From NCBI RefSeq assembly GCF_001194135.2, contig NC_068987.1:76662833-76726832 (forward strand): a stretch of DNA of 64,000 nt, written 5' to 3'. Shown here piece after piece: positions 1 to 13,262 of this stretch; position 1 is the stretch's first letter, and each line of letters begins with the position of its first letter. The stretch is from Octopus bimaculoides. Taxonomy: Eukaryota. The notes under the pieces are model-generated. The model ran no database searches and was not told the origin of the DNA. It saw only the letters and a program-made list of their open reading frames with translations. Both the position numbers and the translations under genes were made by a program.

Positions 1-828
1 ATATACACTTGCACATGTATATGAACAGATGTACGAATAAGTAAATAGAGCAATAGCAGAACTAAAAATACTAAAACCCAGACCTTTATACCCGATCATA
101 ACAAAGTTCTGCTATAGGAGAAATAAACAATGAAATTATCTAAACCAAAAATATATACGTTTTTGCGTCGTAACTCCTTTATTATTATTAATATTACCAA
201 AAGGATCGATTCTTGAAGAGTCTGCATATCTTCACTGTCGTTTTTTTCTGCTATTTAGGTGATGATTTTTTAAGTTAGCTTACCAATTATTTTTGTTGGT
301 AGTTAATTTATAATATATTGTTATATATATATATATATATATATATGATGAACTCTGCCATCATCATGATGTATGATGGTTTGACAATTTCCTACTGAAG
401 AACCACACAGATGATTTGGTTATAGTGATCAAATGTTTGTGAAGACATAAACTCACTCTCTCCATCAAATTGATATTACCTGTACAGGTGCAACTGGGTG
501 CCACATGTCAGATGTCAAAATGATCGCAGAGAAACATGAAATGAAGTGCTTTGCTCAAGAACACAATACACTGCCCAGTCTGGGAATCGAACCCGCGATC
601 TCACAATCGTGAGTGCAACATCCTAACCACTAAGCCATATGCCTTCATATATATATATGCATATCCTTATTATCACCATTTAACATCTGTTTTCCATGCT
701 GGTATGGGTTGGACATATATTTGTATAAACACCTATTTGTGTGTATGCATGTGTGAGTGTTGTGTATGTATTTGTGTGTGTATGTGTCTGTCTGTCTGTC
801 TGTCTGTCTGCATATATATTTATATATA

Positions 829-1035
829 CTTTATTAAAGAGCAGTAGAAATATCACAGAAACTGTTACTCAGAGTTTCATGTTCCTGTTCGTTAGACAGT
901 TTTGTTAGAATGAAACTCTGAGTAACAGTTTTTGTGATATTTCTGCTGCTTTTAATAAAGTATATTACTCAACCTCTAGTACTTGAGTACTCTTTCTTTT
1001 TCCACCTTGTTTCACATTTACGTGCTCACTCCAGT
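829..1035. mobile_element. Penelope-like pLTR relic with ~52-bp inverted arms (829-880 / 910-960)
   Basis: ctttattaaagagcagtagaaatatcacagaaactgttactcagagtttcat is the near reverse complement of 910-960; contains a hammerhead; flanked by TA-rich repeats. Confidence 0.6.
859..902 (-). ncRNA. Minimal type I hammerhead ribozyme motif, degenerate (G5A)
   Basis: Minus strand AAACUGU CUAACGA ACA GGAA CAU GAAA CUCUGAG UA ACAGUUU: 7-bp stem I, near-palindromic stem III, GUA site; core and stem II changes look like CpG decay. Confidence 0.7.
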
Positions 1036-1954
1036 ATATATTTATATACATACATATGAACTTATGAAAATATATATTAACATGAATATCTGCATTCAGA
1101 TGTCATTTGCACTTATATGAATGCATTTATGGGTGTGCATGTGCATGTATTTTCATGTGCATGTGTGTGTTTGTGTATGCATACTTGTGTTTCAGTATGT
1201 GCATGCTTGTGTATGTAGCAATAACTGCTTTGCCCAGCAACAAAAAGAGATGATAAAACATAACAAGAAAGAGAATGTGACAAACACAGAAATAGGTTTT
1301 AGCTTCATCTCATCATGAAATAAAATAAACATGTACAGGTACAGATTGGAATAATGTCAGTACAGGAGTCATGAATGTGTGTGAGAGGTTGCATCTGGTG
1401 AGAGAAGTTGTCAGTGTAGTCTTCAGTAAGTGACTTAACTCTCTTACTCTATTGCCTTGATCTTGAGAAGAGAGACAGAGTCACTTCTAGGTTTCTGCTT
1501 TAAGTGAATGAAAAGGGGAAAAAGGCTTGTCAAAACCATTTTGATATTCCATCAGATGGTTCAGAGAGCAAATTGGAAATTCAGATTTTTGAAAAGCACT
1601 GCAAAGAGGGCATGTCAATATTCAGAATTCTAATAAATCCTTCTGGATCAGTGTGCAAAAAAAAAAAAAAAATGAAAAATGGAAAATATAATAAATCTCT
1701 TTATCACATTAGTAACACATAACCTATTTGGATTATGTATATTATTTTGTTATGCTTTATACAAACATACATACATGCATGTGTGTGTGGGGTGCACGTG
1801 TGTGGGTGTGTGTTCACATGTGTGTATGTGTATGTATGTATGTATGTATGTAATGTATGTATGTAAATGTTTGTTTTTATGTTCAGTTATAATAAAGGGT
1901 TACTCTATACTTTTGCAGAGTACAAATTTACTTTTCTGAAACAAGAATATCATT

Positions 1955-1992
1955 GACAGTGACTTCGAAGTTTTGGCCAGCTCTTCAGTGGA
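1955..1992 (-). ncRNA. Degenerate hammerhead motif at the outer edge of a 420-bp inverted repeat
   Basis: CUGAAGA GCUGGCC AAAA CUUCGAAG UC: perfect palindrome ACUUCGAAGU plus GUC site; GAAA reads AAAA (CpG decay of CCGAAA); stem I does not pair. Confidence 0.4.
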
Positions 1993-3028
1993 AGTGCAAT
2001 TATGAATTATATCAGAGAATAGCCATCCAGACCTAATAACTGTCAATGGTGAAGCCTCTAAACCTTGGGTCAATACCAGGTGGATCATAGCTCACAAATG
2101 GAAATATTCCTGGTAATTGTGTTGTTTATATATGAAAATCTGGGAGAAACAGGTGACGGTTGTTGACAGGAAGAGCATCTGACCATGGAAAATCTATCTC
2201 ATTGACCCTTGCAAGCATAGAAAAGTTAGATTTCCATGCTACAATATCCATGGCTTCACTCTTTTACTTTTTATCTTCGCATACGAATACCTAAGACTAG
2301 AATTGGTAGCATACCATAAGAATACTACCAGCTATTTGGGAATTCTAAGGGTGAATGAGCTCTATTTGTACTCTAATACGTTCTTAACAGAACATGCCNN
2401 NNNNNNNNNNNNNNNNNNNNNNNNNNNNNNNNNNNNNNNNNNNNNNNNNNNNNNNNNNNNNNNNNNNNNNNNNNNNNNNNNNNNNNNNNNNNNNNNNNNN
2501 NNNNNNNNNNNNNNNNNNNNNNNNNNNNNNNNNNNNNNNNNNNNNNNNNNNNNNNNNNNNNNNNNNNNNNNNNNNNNNNNNNNNNNNNNNNNNNATATAT
2601 ATAGTTGAGGCATGTTCTGTTAAGAACGTATTAGAGTACAAATAGAGCTCATTCACCCTTAGAATTCCCAAATAGCTGGTAGTATTCTTATGGTATGCTA
2701 CCAATTCTAGTCTTAGGTATTCGTATGCGAAGATAAAAAGTAAAAGAGTGAAGCCATGGATATTGTAGCATGGAAATCTAACTTTTCTATGCTTGCAAGG
2801 GTCAATGAGATAGATTTTCCATGGTCAGATGCTCTTCCTGTCAACAACCGTCACCTGTTTCTCCCAGATTTTCATATATAAACAACACAATCACCAAGAA
2901 TATTTCCATTTGTGAGCTATGATCCACCTGGTATTGACCCAAGGTTTAGAGGCTTCATCATTGACAGTTATTAGGTCTGGATGGCTATTCTCTGATATAA
3001 TTCATAATTACACTTCCACTGTAGAGCT
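1979..3028. repeat. 420-bp inverted duplication flanking an N gap (1979-2398 / 2609-3028)
   Basis: Direct comparison of the arms shows 5 mismatches, all in the outer ~140 bp; the inner ~280 bp appear identical. Confidence 0.9.
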
Positions 3029-3878
3029 TGTTTTTATTTACCCACTCTTAAATTTATCAGCTAACTTAAGCTCAGCAGTATTTCCGACCCTATATGGGTT
3101 AAGCTGCTTACTGATTTATCAGAATTTATACCACCACCACCATCACTATCCTACATCTTTTGATGATTGGTGGAATGCCAACCTTCACTTGCAGAAGTGT
3201 TTCTCTGGTAAATGTATGGCAAATGATAACTTGATATTTCTAATTAGGTACAAGGCTAATTATTCTAAAGCAAGGAGATTGAATTAAGCTCATTAGATTG
3301 TCTTTTTTTTTTACCCTGTACATAATTGACAGGCCCCTGGAACACTGAAAGATTAAATTCAGATCAGAACGAATCTGAACTCAAAATAAAAAGAAACACA
3401 ACAAGACATCGTATCCTTTATATTACCGATTCTGCAACTCTACCAACCTTGGAATTTTTAATTACAAAAATTGAAATGGTTCCATAAAGAACAGTAAGGA
3501 TTGTTGAAAATTGGAATCAAAATTCCATAGCTGAATCTTCAATAAAACTTTCAAAAGAGTCTGTTTTGATATGAATGTCAGTTTTTAATGAGATTTTGAT
3601 TCAAGTTCAGATTAAAACTCAAGCGATAAATAAATTGATAAATATATATACATATACATATAACAGTTTGATTCAGCTCATAGGACAAACCCATCTCATT
3701 AGATATCTAGAAAATATATCTGATGATGTGTTGAGTGCCACTTTCATCTGGCCACTTACTCAAATATATATATGTATATATACATATAGAAATAATTAAG
3801 ATTCAGTTGAATTAGGTACTTAAGTTGAAGCACCGAGTCAGTCTGATATTATCTGCACAGCTTGAAGTAAGATGAATA

Positions 3879-4197
3879 AAATCAAAATAAGTAATGAGAT
3901 ATCAAGTAGTAATGCAGTACAACCGTTTCAAGCAGCTCCATTTAATTGAACAATGCAGTCATTAAATCAGCTGCACAAAATACAGAATTTTTTAACAAGT
4001 AGGACACATTAATATAATTTTTCTTAAATATTTTAACAGAGTAAGAAGATGGAAGAAATTCATGTTGTAACTATTGTAGCAGGGTGTCTAAGCACTGCAT
4101 TTGAACTGATGTATTGATTGCATTGTTCAATTAAATGGAGCTACTTGAAACGGTTGTACTGCATTACTACTTGATATGCTGTTATTTATTTTGATTA
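3879..4197. mobile_element. MITE-like element with ~60-80-bp terminal inverted repeats
   Basis: atatcaagtagtaatgcagtacaaccgtttcaagcagctccatttaattgaacaatgca (3899-3957) mirrored at 4119-4177, with a degenerate extension outward. Confidence 0.7.
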
Positions 4198-4199
4198 TG

Positions 4200-4378
4200 T
4201 ATATATAGATCGCTAGCCACTAAACCTTTTTTTTTTTTCTCTCCCTGTTTATTTCTGTGTTCCTTTCTGTCGAAGAGCAGATGCTCGAAACGCTAAAGAC
4301 TTTCTTACTTTCCAAGCATTAAACTAATACATCTGTTTGTTATTTACACACCCGTCTTCATCTTTTTTTTGTAAATTC

Positions 4379-4385
<7 letters not shown>
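4200..4385 (+). mobile_element. Short hammerhead-bearing repeat ending in (TA)n (Penelope-like / retrozyme-like)
   Basis: Homologous to 63869-64000 (minus) over the ribozyme and the downstream tail ...gtaaattctcactatata. Confidence 0.65.
4263..4298 (+). ncRNA. Hammerhead motif, U6-variant family, mutated at the cleavage site
   Basis: CUUU CUGUCGA A GAGC AGAU GCUC GAAA CGCU AAAG. Same repeat family as 63869-64000; position 16.1 is C rather than U. Confidence 0.6.
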
Positions 4386-4426
<41 letters not shown>

Positions 4427-6574
4427 GTTAGGAAAGTCATCCAGCTGTAGATACTCTGCCAGATCAGATTGGAGCCTGGTGCAGCCTTCTGGCTTGCCAG
4501 TCCTCAGTCAAATCGTCCAACCCATGCTAGCATAGAAAGCGGACGTTAAACGATGATGATGATATATATATATACATATGTGTGTGTGTGTGTGCTCTAA
4601 AGTGATACCACATGTTTTGCATGTCCATTCTTTCTTTCTAATATATATCTATCTGCTCAATGATGAACCACTTATAGCCATTCATTGCTAAGCAGCTACA
4701 ACACTTCTTTTGTTTCAGCCACAGTTCAAGTCAGAGTTTTAGCAGTAAACCAACCTGAGCACTTATTGTATATACCTACTACATTTCATCATTAGACGCT
4801 ATTGTGTGTGTATGTATGTGTGTGTCTGTTTGTCTGTAATGCACTTTTTAATATTTTTTTTACAGTCAAGATAACTTGAAGACTGTGAGTCAGATTCTGA
4901 GACTGAAATTACAACAAAGATGGACAAATTTTTTAAAACCGATTTCTTTTCTATTTTAATTTCATTTTAAAATTTAAACATCAATTTAAAATATATTTTA
5001 TATAATATATAATTTTCTTCTTTTATTTTATCTTTCTTTTTTTTTTACACTTAATTTTGGTTTATGAAAACCCATGTCAGTTTTATCAATTTAAAATATT
5101 AAAAACTAAATTATATTTAACAGAAATAAATAAAAAGAATAAAGTAAAGTTGAATTAAACTTCTAGTCCCTAGTTCTAAAAATACATCATGGCAATTAAT
5201 GGTAAAGGTGGCAGATAAAAATAAGAATAAATAAAATTTAAAAAAAATAAAATAAACATAAAAATGCTTTCATTTGTGGTTGTGTACTGAAAGTTAGTAA
5301 AGCTTGACTTGGCTTAGCAGACAAATTAAGGGACAGAGAGAAAGGGGAGGTGGGGGGAAAAAACAAAGAAGTAATTTTGTGAAATATAATTATGAATTCT
5401 GGAATAATCTTTTTACTTCACTGTATTTTTTTCGTTTTTTGTTCTCTTTCTGAGACGTTTGTTTTGCTATTTTTCACTACCTTTAACGAACTTAACTGTT
5501 AAAACAAAGATGATTAAGCAATAACATCATCTTTTCTTTTTCTTCTTCTCTTTCTTCTTCGTTATCATCATTACTGACCTTATCATCCTCATCACATCAT
5601 CACTCAAACCTACACCATCATCATCACCATCATCATCATCACTACTATCAATTTAAATATTCATCTGTATTATCATTTTTTCTTTTCTGTTTCAGCTTTG
5701 CACTGTCCTTAACAACTTGGAGCCCTTGTGGCCAATAAAAGAAATCATTAGCATTATTTTTGCTATTATTGTAGTTGTTCTGGTTGTTGCTGTTGTTGTT
5801 ATAATCATCTTTTCACTCTTTATCATTTTCCTATCACTGTTATTAATACTAATGTAAACAGAATCATTGTTGTAGTTATTACTATTATTATTATTATCAT
5901 CATCATCAACATCCTCATCATCATTATCTTCATCATCATCATCATCATTATTATTATTATTATTATTTCTTTATGTAGTTGTCACTGTTGTTATTACCGA
6001 TATCGTTATTGTTTTTGTTTTGTTCTTATTATAACCATTATCTTTTATTTCATTTTTTTTTCCTCGTTAGCATAAATGAAATTAAGGATAAAGTAATTTT
6101 GTTTTGTGTGATTTCATTAACAATACCAATAGAAAGACAAACAAAAAAAATAAATAACAAACAAATAACAAAATAATTGACAAAGAAAAGACAAAAAATA
6201 TATTCTTTTTCATGAATATTTTTAGATTTTTGTTTTTTACCTCCTACCACTTTTCCTCTTACATCATAATGAAGCATCAACAACAATGCCAACAACACCA
6301 ACAAACAAAGAAATAAAAAGAGATATTTTGAATTTATCGCATTTGTTTTGAGTCGTTAATTAAAGTTTTGGTGGCAATCTGACAGGAGTAGCGTTAATTA
6401 AATTAGCTTTGGGTATGTTTTCTTTTGTATTAATTATTTTAAATTTTAAATTTATGTTTTTCATCATCTACTTATTTATGACTAATTATATAGAAAAAAG
6501 AGACTATACATACATATATGTTTATGTAAATATACACATATGTATTGATGTATATGTATGTAAGACATATATAT

Positions 6575-6617
<43 letters not shown>

Positions 6618-7600
6618 NNNNNNNNNNNNNNNNNNNNNNNNNNNNNNNNNNNNNNNNNNNNNNNNNNNNNNNNNNNNNNNNNNNNNNNNNNNNNNNNNNN
6701 NNNNNNNNNNNNNNNNNNNNNNNNNNNNNNNNNNNNNNNNNNNNNNNNNNNNNNNNNNNNNNNNNNNNNNNNNNNNNNNNNNNNNNNNNNNNNNNNNNNN
6801 NNNNNNNNNNNNNNNNNNNNNNNNNNNNNNNNNNNNNNNNNNNNNNNNNNNNNNNNNNNNNNNNNNNNNNNNNNNNNNNNNNNNNNNNNNNNNNNNNNNN
6901 NNNNNNNNNNNNNNNNNNNNNNNNNNNNNNNNNNNNNNNNNNNNNNNNNNNNNNNNNNNNNNNNNNNNNNNNNNNNNNNNNNNNNNNNNNNNNNNNNNNN
7001 NNNNNNNNNNNNNNNNNNNNNNNNNNNNNNNNNNNNNNNNNNNNNNNNNNNNNNNNNNNNNNNNNNNNNNNNNNNNNNNNNNNNNNNNNNNNNNNNNNNN
7101 NNNNNNNNNNNNNNNNNNNNNNNNNNNNNNNNNNNNNNNNNNNNNNNNNNNNNNNNNNNNNNNNNNNNNNNNNNNNNNNNNNNNNNNNNNNNNNNNNNNN
7201 NNNNNNNNNNNNNNNNNNNNNNNNNNNNNNNNNNTATATATATATATATATATATGTGTGGATGTATGTATGTATGTATTAAGCATCATATGCCTTTAGA
7301 ATATACCCTGTAAAAATTGACCTGTTAGGTTTGATGGGTCACCTCTAACAATTTGATTTCATATAAGTGCATTATAGCAATGTCAGCCTGAAGAAACCTA
7401 TGACCTTTGAGGTTATGGACAAATGTAGCAATTAGTAAACATGAAGAAGAGTAAGTGAACTGATTCCAAGAGGGAATTGAACTTGCAGAACGGAGGGACG
7501 ATTCTTTGAAAATTAGCACTAGCCGATGTTAGACTTGTTCCTTCTGTCTTTCTCACTCAACCACGCTCTCCCACCTTGTTCTATCTCTCAAATACATACT

Positions 7601-7805
7601 CTTTTACTCGTTTCAGTCATTTGACTGTAGCCATGCTGGAGCACTGCCTTTAGTCGAAGAAATCGCCCCCAGGACTTATTCTTTGTAAGCCTAGTACTTA
7701 TTCTATCGGTCTCATTGGCTGAACTGCTAAGTTACGGGGATGCAAACATACCTGCATCGGTTGTCAAGCGATGTTGGGGGGACAAACACAGATACACAAA
7801 CATAT

Positions 7806-7851
<46 letters not shown>

Positions 7852-8013
7852 GACGGGCTTCTTTCTGTTTCTGTCTACCAAATCGACTCACAAGGCTTTG
7901 GTTGGCCTGAGGCTATAGCAGAAGACGCTTGCCCAAGGTGCCACGCAGTGGGACTGAACCCAGAACCATGTGGTTGGTAAGAAAGCTACTTACCACACAG
8001 CCACTCTTGCGCC
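7601..8013 (-). mobile_element. tRNA-derived SINE family A, full length
   Basis: Head ggcgcaagagtggctgtgtggtaagtagc...ggttctgggttcagtccc (A/B-box-like), internal (TA/CA)n, tail ...gactgaaacgagtaaaag; more than 20 copies or fragments in the window. Confidence 0.9.
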
Positions 8014-8667
8014 TGGATTTATTGATTTCGATTTTGGTCAGTAATTTCAGAGAGGGTGGAAGTAAATTGATTTACATCAACCCCCAGTGCTCAACTGGTA
8101 CTTAGTCTATTGATCCAAAAAAGACGATAGGCAAAGTTGACCTCAACAGAATTTGAACTCGGGACATAGAAATTGACGAGATACTACTAAGCATTCTTCC
8201 CGGTGTGCTAACAATTCTTCCAGCTTGCTGCATTACGTGTTTACATTTATTGCTACTTGCATATAAACTATACCTATATACACATACATATATACATATA
8301 TACAGTGAAGGTGCATGCCTCAGTGGTTAGAGCATCAGGCTCACAGTCATGAGGTAGCGAGTTCGATTCCTGTTGTGTTCTTGAGCAAGACACTTTATTT
8401 CATGTTGCTTCAGTTCACTCAGCTGTAGAAATAAGTTGTAATGTCACTGGTGCCAAGCTGTATTGGCCTTCACCTTTCCTTTGGATAACATCAGTGGCAT
8501 GGAGAGGGGAGGCTGGTATGCATGGGCGACTGCTGGTTCTCCCATAAAACAACATTGCTTGGACCTGTGCAATCCCATAGTCATTCATGACTGGAGGGGG
8601 CCTTTACCCCTATATACGTATTCAAACGTGCACACACACACACACACATACATACACACACACATCG

Positions 8668-8880
8668 ATATATATGGTGAGTTAGCTGAGGGTAAACGAG
8701 TAATGCAGAAAAGGAAATTAAGACATAAGGACTGCATTGAGAAATCTCTGGAGAAGTTCAAAATTTTGGAAAGTGAAAACCTTGTTCTCCATCATTCCTC
8801 CATGATGAGGGAGGGAATCTGAACAAAGTTATGACAGTTCATGAGAGATATTCATAAGGGCTTTGATGTGAATTTGCCTG
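8668..8880 (+). mobile_element. RTE (BovB-like) LINE C-terminal fragment
   Basis: IYGELAEGKRVMQKRKLRHKDCIEKSLEKFKI matches the RTE motif YGEL..GKR..G.QK.R.KD.LK.SL. Confidence 0.7.
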
Positions 8881-9402
8881 TGTATGTTGGTGTTCAGCCT
8901 AATTTAACATGTAGTGAGTGTGGGCATGTTTAAATAAGGCAGGCTTTAGACATCATCAGAAAAGGTACATACACACATGCACACAAACACACACAAGAAC
9001 GTTGTTAACTATCATATCATATCGTTTGTGTGTGTGAGTGTGTGTCTGTTTGTCTGTCTGTCCGTGTATGCACAACTGTACACACATACACAGAATCACA
9101 TGCATACACATCCACACATGTTTTTTATGCTGTATTACTAAGGAACATAAAGCCTGGTATAAATAACAGTTAACAAAATTTTGTTTCAATTTTTACATCA
9201 AATTCTATAATACTGTGTTACTAAAATTACTAAGGGATTCGACTAATAAGGAAAATTGTATATACACGACATCCAGATTAAATTCTCCCATTAGTAAAAC
9301 CAAAGATATTTATGTGTGGCGCATGCATTTGTATGCTCTGCAGATGTATATGTGCACAAATAGATAAATAAATGAAAATATATATATGTATATTCTTTTA
9401 TT

Positions 9403-9600
9403 CTTTTACTTGTTTCGGTCATTTGACTGCAGCCATGCTGGAGCACCATCTTTTAGTCGAACGAATCAGCCCCAGGACTTACTCTTTGTAAGCCTAGAAG
9501 TTATTCTATTGGTCTCTTTTGCCAAACTGTTAAGTTATGGGGACATAAACACACCAGCATGTCAAGTGATGGTGGTGGGAACAAACTCAGACACACACAA

Positions 9601-9635
<35 letters not shown>

Positions 9636-9741
9636 CGACAGGTGTCTTCCAGTTTCTGTCTGTCAAATCTACTCACAAGGCTTTGGTCAGCCCAAGGCTA
9701 TAGCAGAAGACACCTACCCAAAGTGCCACACAGTGGGACTG
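9403..9741 (-). mobile_element. SINE family A, 5'-truncated
   Basis: Homology to 7601-8013. Confidence 0.85.
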
Positions 9742-9742
9742 G

Positions 9743-9792
<50 letters not shown>

Positions 9793-9896
9793 GACATAAG
9801 ATACGTGTACACACACACATACATTTTACATTTATGAATATATACATATACACACACTTATATGCATGTGTATGTGTATGTCAAATACATATATAC

Positions 9897-10130
9897 ATAT
9901 GGTGCACAAGAAAAGAAAGCAGAGTAAATGTGTATGGACATTTGATGTATATGGATGAGGAACGCTGTAAACGAGAAATGCAAACTACTTAATGTCGGTG
10001 AAGCTTGTGGAGCAGAAACCCAGAAAGGCTTGCAATGAAATAGTGAAGGCTGACTTCAGGACCTTGAATTTCACACAAGAGATGACCAAAGACAAGAATG
10101 GCTGCTGACATGAGGTGTTTGTAAAAACGT
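9897..10130 (+). mobile_element. RTE LINE 3' fragment, degenerate
   Basis: YGHLMYMDEERC...GAETQK..NEIVKADFRTLN, homologous to 30370-30655. Confidence 0.65.
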
Positions 10131-10291
10131 GTAGAGGTAACACACGAGTAAGTAGATATTTATGAAAAACAAGAATGAAAATGTTACTCTCTTAAAATTG
10201 GGTACATTTTAATTTTCCTTTTACATGTTTCGGTTTTTGAGAAGTATTTTCAAAAGCCTAATTTTAAGAAAGTAACATTTTTGTTCTTGTT

Positions 10292-10344
<53 letters not shown>

Positions 10345-11334
10345 AATGTATGAATGTATGTATGTATGTATACATATATAATTTACACAGAACAGGGCCC
10401 CTACCCAATTTTTTCCTTAAGCTTTTTTCACTGCTTATCATCTCTCTATCGCTGACTCTCCATCACTTGCCTAACTGCAATATTATTCTGATATTGCAAT
10501 TAAATGATACCAGAACTGTATATTCCATCATCTTTTGCTCTGATGTCAGTTGCCTTTCTCACTATCCCGATCAACTTCACTTGACATCCACCCTTCATTT
10601 TTGATATTGTCCCTTTTCATTCATATTTCACATTGATTACCCTTCTGTGCCATCAAATTAACTATTCTTCTCTTCCTCCATTAACTCTCACTCTCTCCAA
10701 GCACTATGCCTATCCCCCCTCTCACATTCTTTTAATCTTCCCACTCGCACATCATCTCTCTTTGTCTCATCCGTCCGCTCTCTACTGTATTATTATTAGA
10801 ATTATGTTCCCCTTCAACTTTTTGTGCTGTCAGTCAAGCCAGTCATCACCTACTCTCCCCTACCTTCCTCAGCTTATATGTGTCATCAATTAACCTTCGA
10901 CCCTCGTCCACCATTCACTACATCCCACCCTCAACTCTACTCAATCTCTTCTCTCACCACCTACTCTTCACTACCCTGCCCTTGACAATTATTCAACACC
11001 CCTCAATTTCTGTTGTTCATTATCTTCTCCACCATACCCCATTTTTAACCATTCTTTACTCTTACACTTCTACTCAAACACTACTTCTCCAGCATCTACT
11101 GAGCTACACGTCTGTTCTCTGTTCTCAGTAACTTCTTTTCACCTTCTTGTACCTTCAGGGTCCACTCTGACACCTCATCACTGATATTTTAATTCTCTTT
11201 TAAGTTTGACACAGTTACCCCCTACCCACACTTTTATAGCATGAGCAGCTATGTAGCTCCTCTATAGCAAAACATGTGTTTAGACCCCTTCTTTCATAAT
11301 TTGACTTCCCATTTTCTAGCATAGACACTTTGCT

Positions 11335-11590
11335 GTCTCACATAGCCCCACTCACTTTGCTTGCTCATATAGCCCCACTCACATAGTCCCACTCACTTTG
11401 CTCTCTTACTTAGCCCCACTCTCATGTAGTCCCATCCACTTTGCTCTCTCACATACCTCTACTCACTTTGCTTGCTCACATAGCCCCACTCATATAGTCC
11501 CACTCTCACATAGCCCCACTCACTTTGCTCTCTCACGTAGCCCTGCTCATGTAGTCCCACTTTGTTCTCTCACATAGCCCCACTCTTTGA
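11335..11590. repeat. Minisatellite with a variable ~15/27-bp unit (catagccccactcactttgctctctca)
   Basis: About 12 imperfect catag(c/t)cccactc units read directly. Confidence 0.85.
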
Positions 11591-12523
11591 CTTAGTTGTA
11601 TGAACTGCATCAGGACCTCATTAGTGCTAGTGCCAGGAAAAAAGCCCCAGTACATTCTGTAATGTGGTTGACATTAGGAAGAGCAACCAGCCATAGAAAC
11701 CATGGTAAAGCAGACATTGGAGCAAGATGTGGTCCTTGGAACATTCAGATCCTGCCAAAACCATCTAACCCACACCAGCATGGAAAATGGCTGACGAGGC
11801 TATATAGGTATGTATAAATATACTGAAATTATATCATCGTTAAAATCACTAATAGTTATCTAAAAAAAAACACATTTTTTCAATGCATTCTCTTTTATCT
11901 CCTGAAATGTGAATATTTTAGATACACAACTGCAACTTGAAACTCAGTTCCATTGCAACAGCATAAAATGGCAATTTTCAGGGCAATTTCCGATAGACTT
12001 CAGATTTTTGTGTAATCATAGCCATGTGAGTTTATCCTAATTGTATCCTTGATGCTTTGATACTTTGATAGGTTTCGGCCAGTATTGGCCCAGGCTATAT
12101 CTAACTTAATAGCACTACTTGGTAAAGTCATTTAAAATTGGTCATCTTTAATAATCATTAATCACTTCCAGGTTATCTTGTTATGCCTGTTAATGGCCTT
12201 TAACTTGTATATGACTTCTCGTTTCCCGTCCTTTTCTAACTCCCTTTTTTTTCCTTCATTCTTGTCTCATTCATATGTGATGCTTTGAATTTCCAGAAAC
12301 ACGCTGTTTGCTTTGTGTAACTATTAAGTATTTAGGTGCTTTCAGTGTGTGGTACAAAACTATTGACTTTATGTCCTTGTTACGGTCTACTAAGATCAAG
12401 AAACTAAAACTGGTGGTGAAGGTTAGTTGATCAAACCACACTTATATGATGTCTTTGTATGATATCATATAACACACGATATCGCAAATATATCACACTC
12501 ATTTGTATATGAATATATATACA

Positions 12524-12680
12524 GACACAGGAGTGTGATAAGAAGCTTGCTTTCCAACCACATGGTTATGAGTTCAGTTCCACTGCATGGCACCTTGGTT
12601 AAGTGTCTTCTAGTATGGCCTTGGGCTGACCAAAGCTTTGTGAGTGGATTTGGTAGACGGAAACTGAAAGAAATCCGTCG
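12524..12680 (+). mobile_element. SINE family A, 5' half
   Basis: Homology to the family A head. Confidence 0.8.
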
Positions 12681-13114
12681 TATATATATATATATATAGG
12701 AAATCACTGAACCCACATACGTTGTCTAACAATGAGAGAGTCTATTATGTATTTATATATATATATATATANNNNNNNNNNNNNNNNNNNNNNNNNNNNN
12801 NNNNNNNNNNNNNNNNNNNNNNNNNNNNNNNNNNNNNNNNNNNNNNNNNNNNNNNNNNNNNNNNNNNNNNNNNNNNNNNNNNNNNNNNNNNNNNNNNNNN
12901 NNNNNNNNNNNNNNNNNNNNNNNNNNNNNNNNNNNNNNNNNNNNNNNNNNNNNNNNNNNNNNNNNNNNNNNNNNNNNNNNNNNNNNNNNNNNNNNNNNNN
13001 NNNNNNNNNNNNNNNNNNNNNNNNNNNNNNNNNNNNNNNNNNNNNNNNNNNNNNNNNNNNNNNNNNNNNNNNNNNNNNNNNNNNNNNNNNNNNNNNNNNN
13101 NNNNNNNATGTGTT

Positions 13115-13194
<80 letters not shown>

Positions 13195-13218
13195 TATATA
13201 TACATACATACATATACT

Positions 13219-13262
<44 letters not shown>

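Noticed and set aside
12064-12100. GGCC-AAUACU-GGCC-GAAA on the minus strand
   Set aside because: The CUGAUGA box is reduced to CUG and stems I and III do not form; at most a relic.
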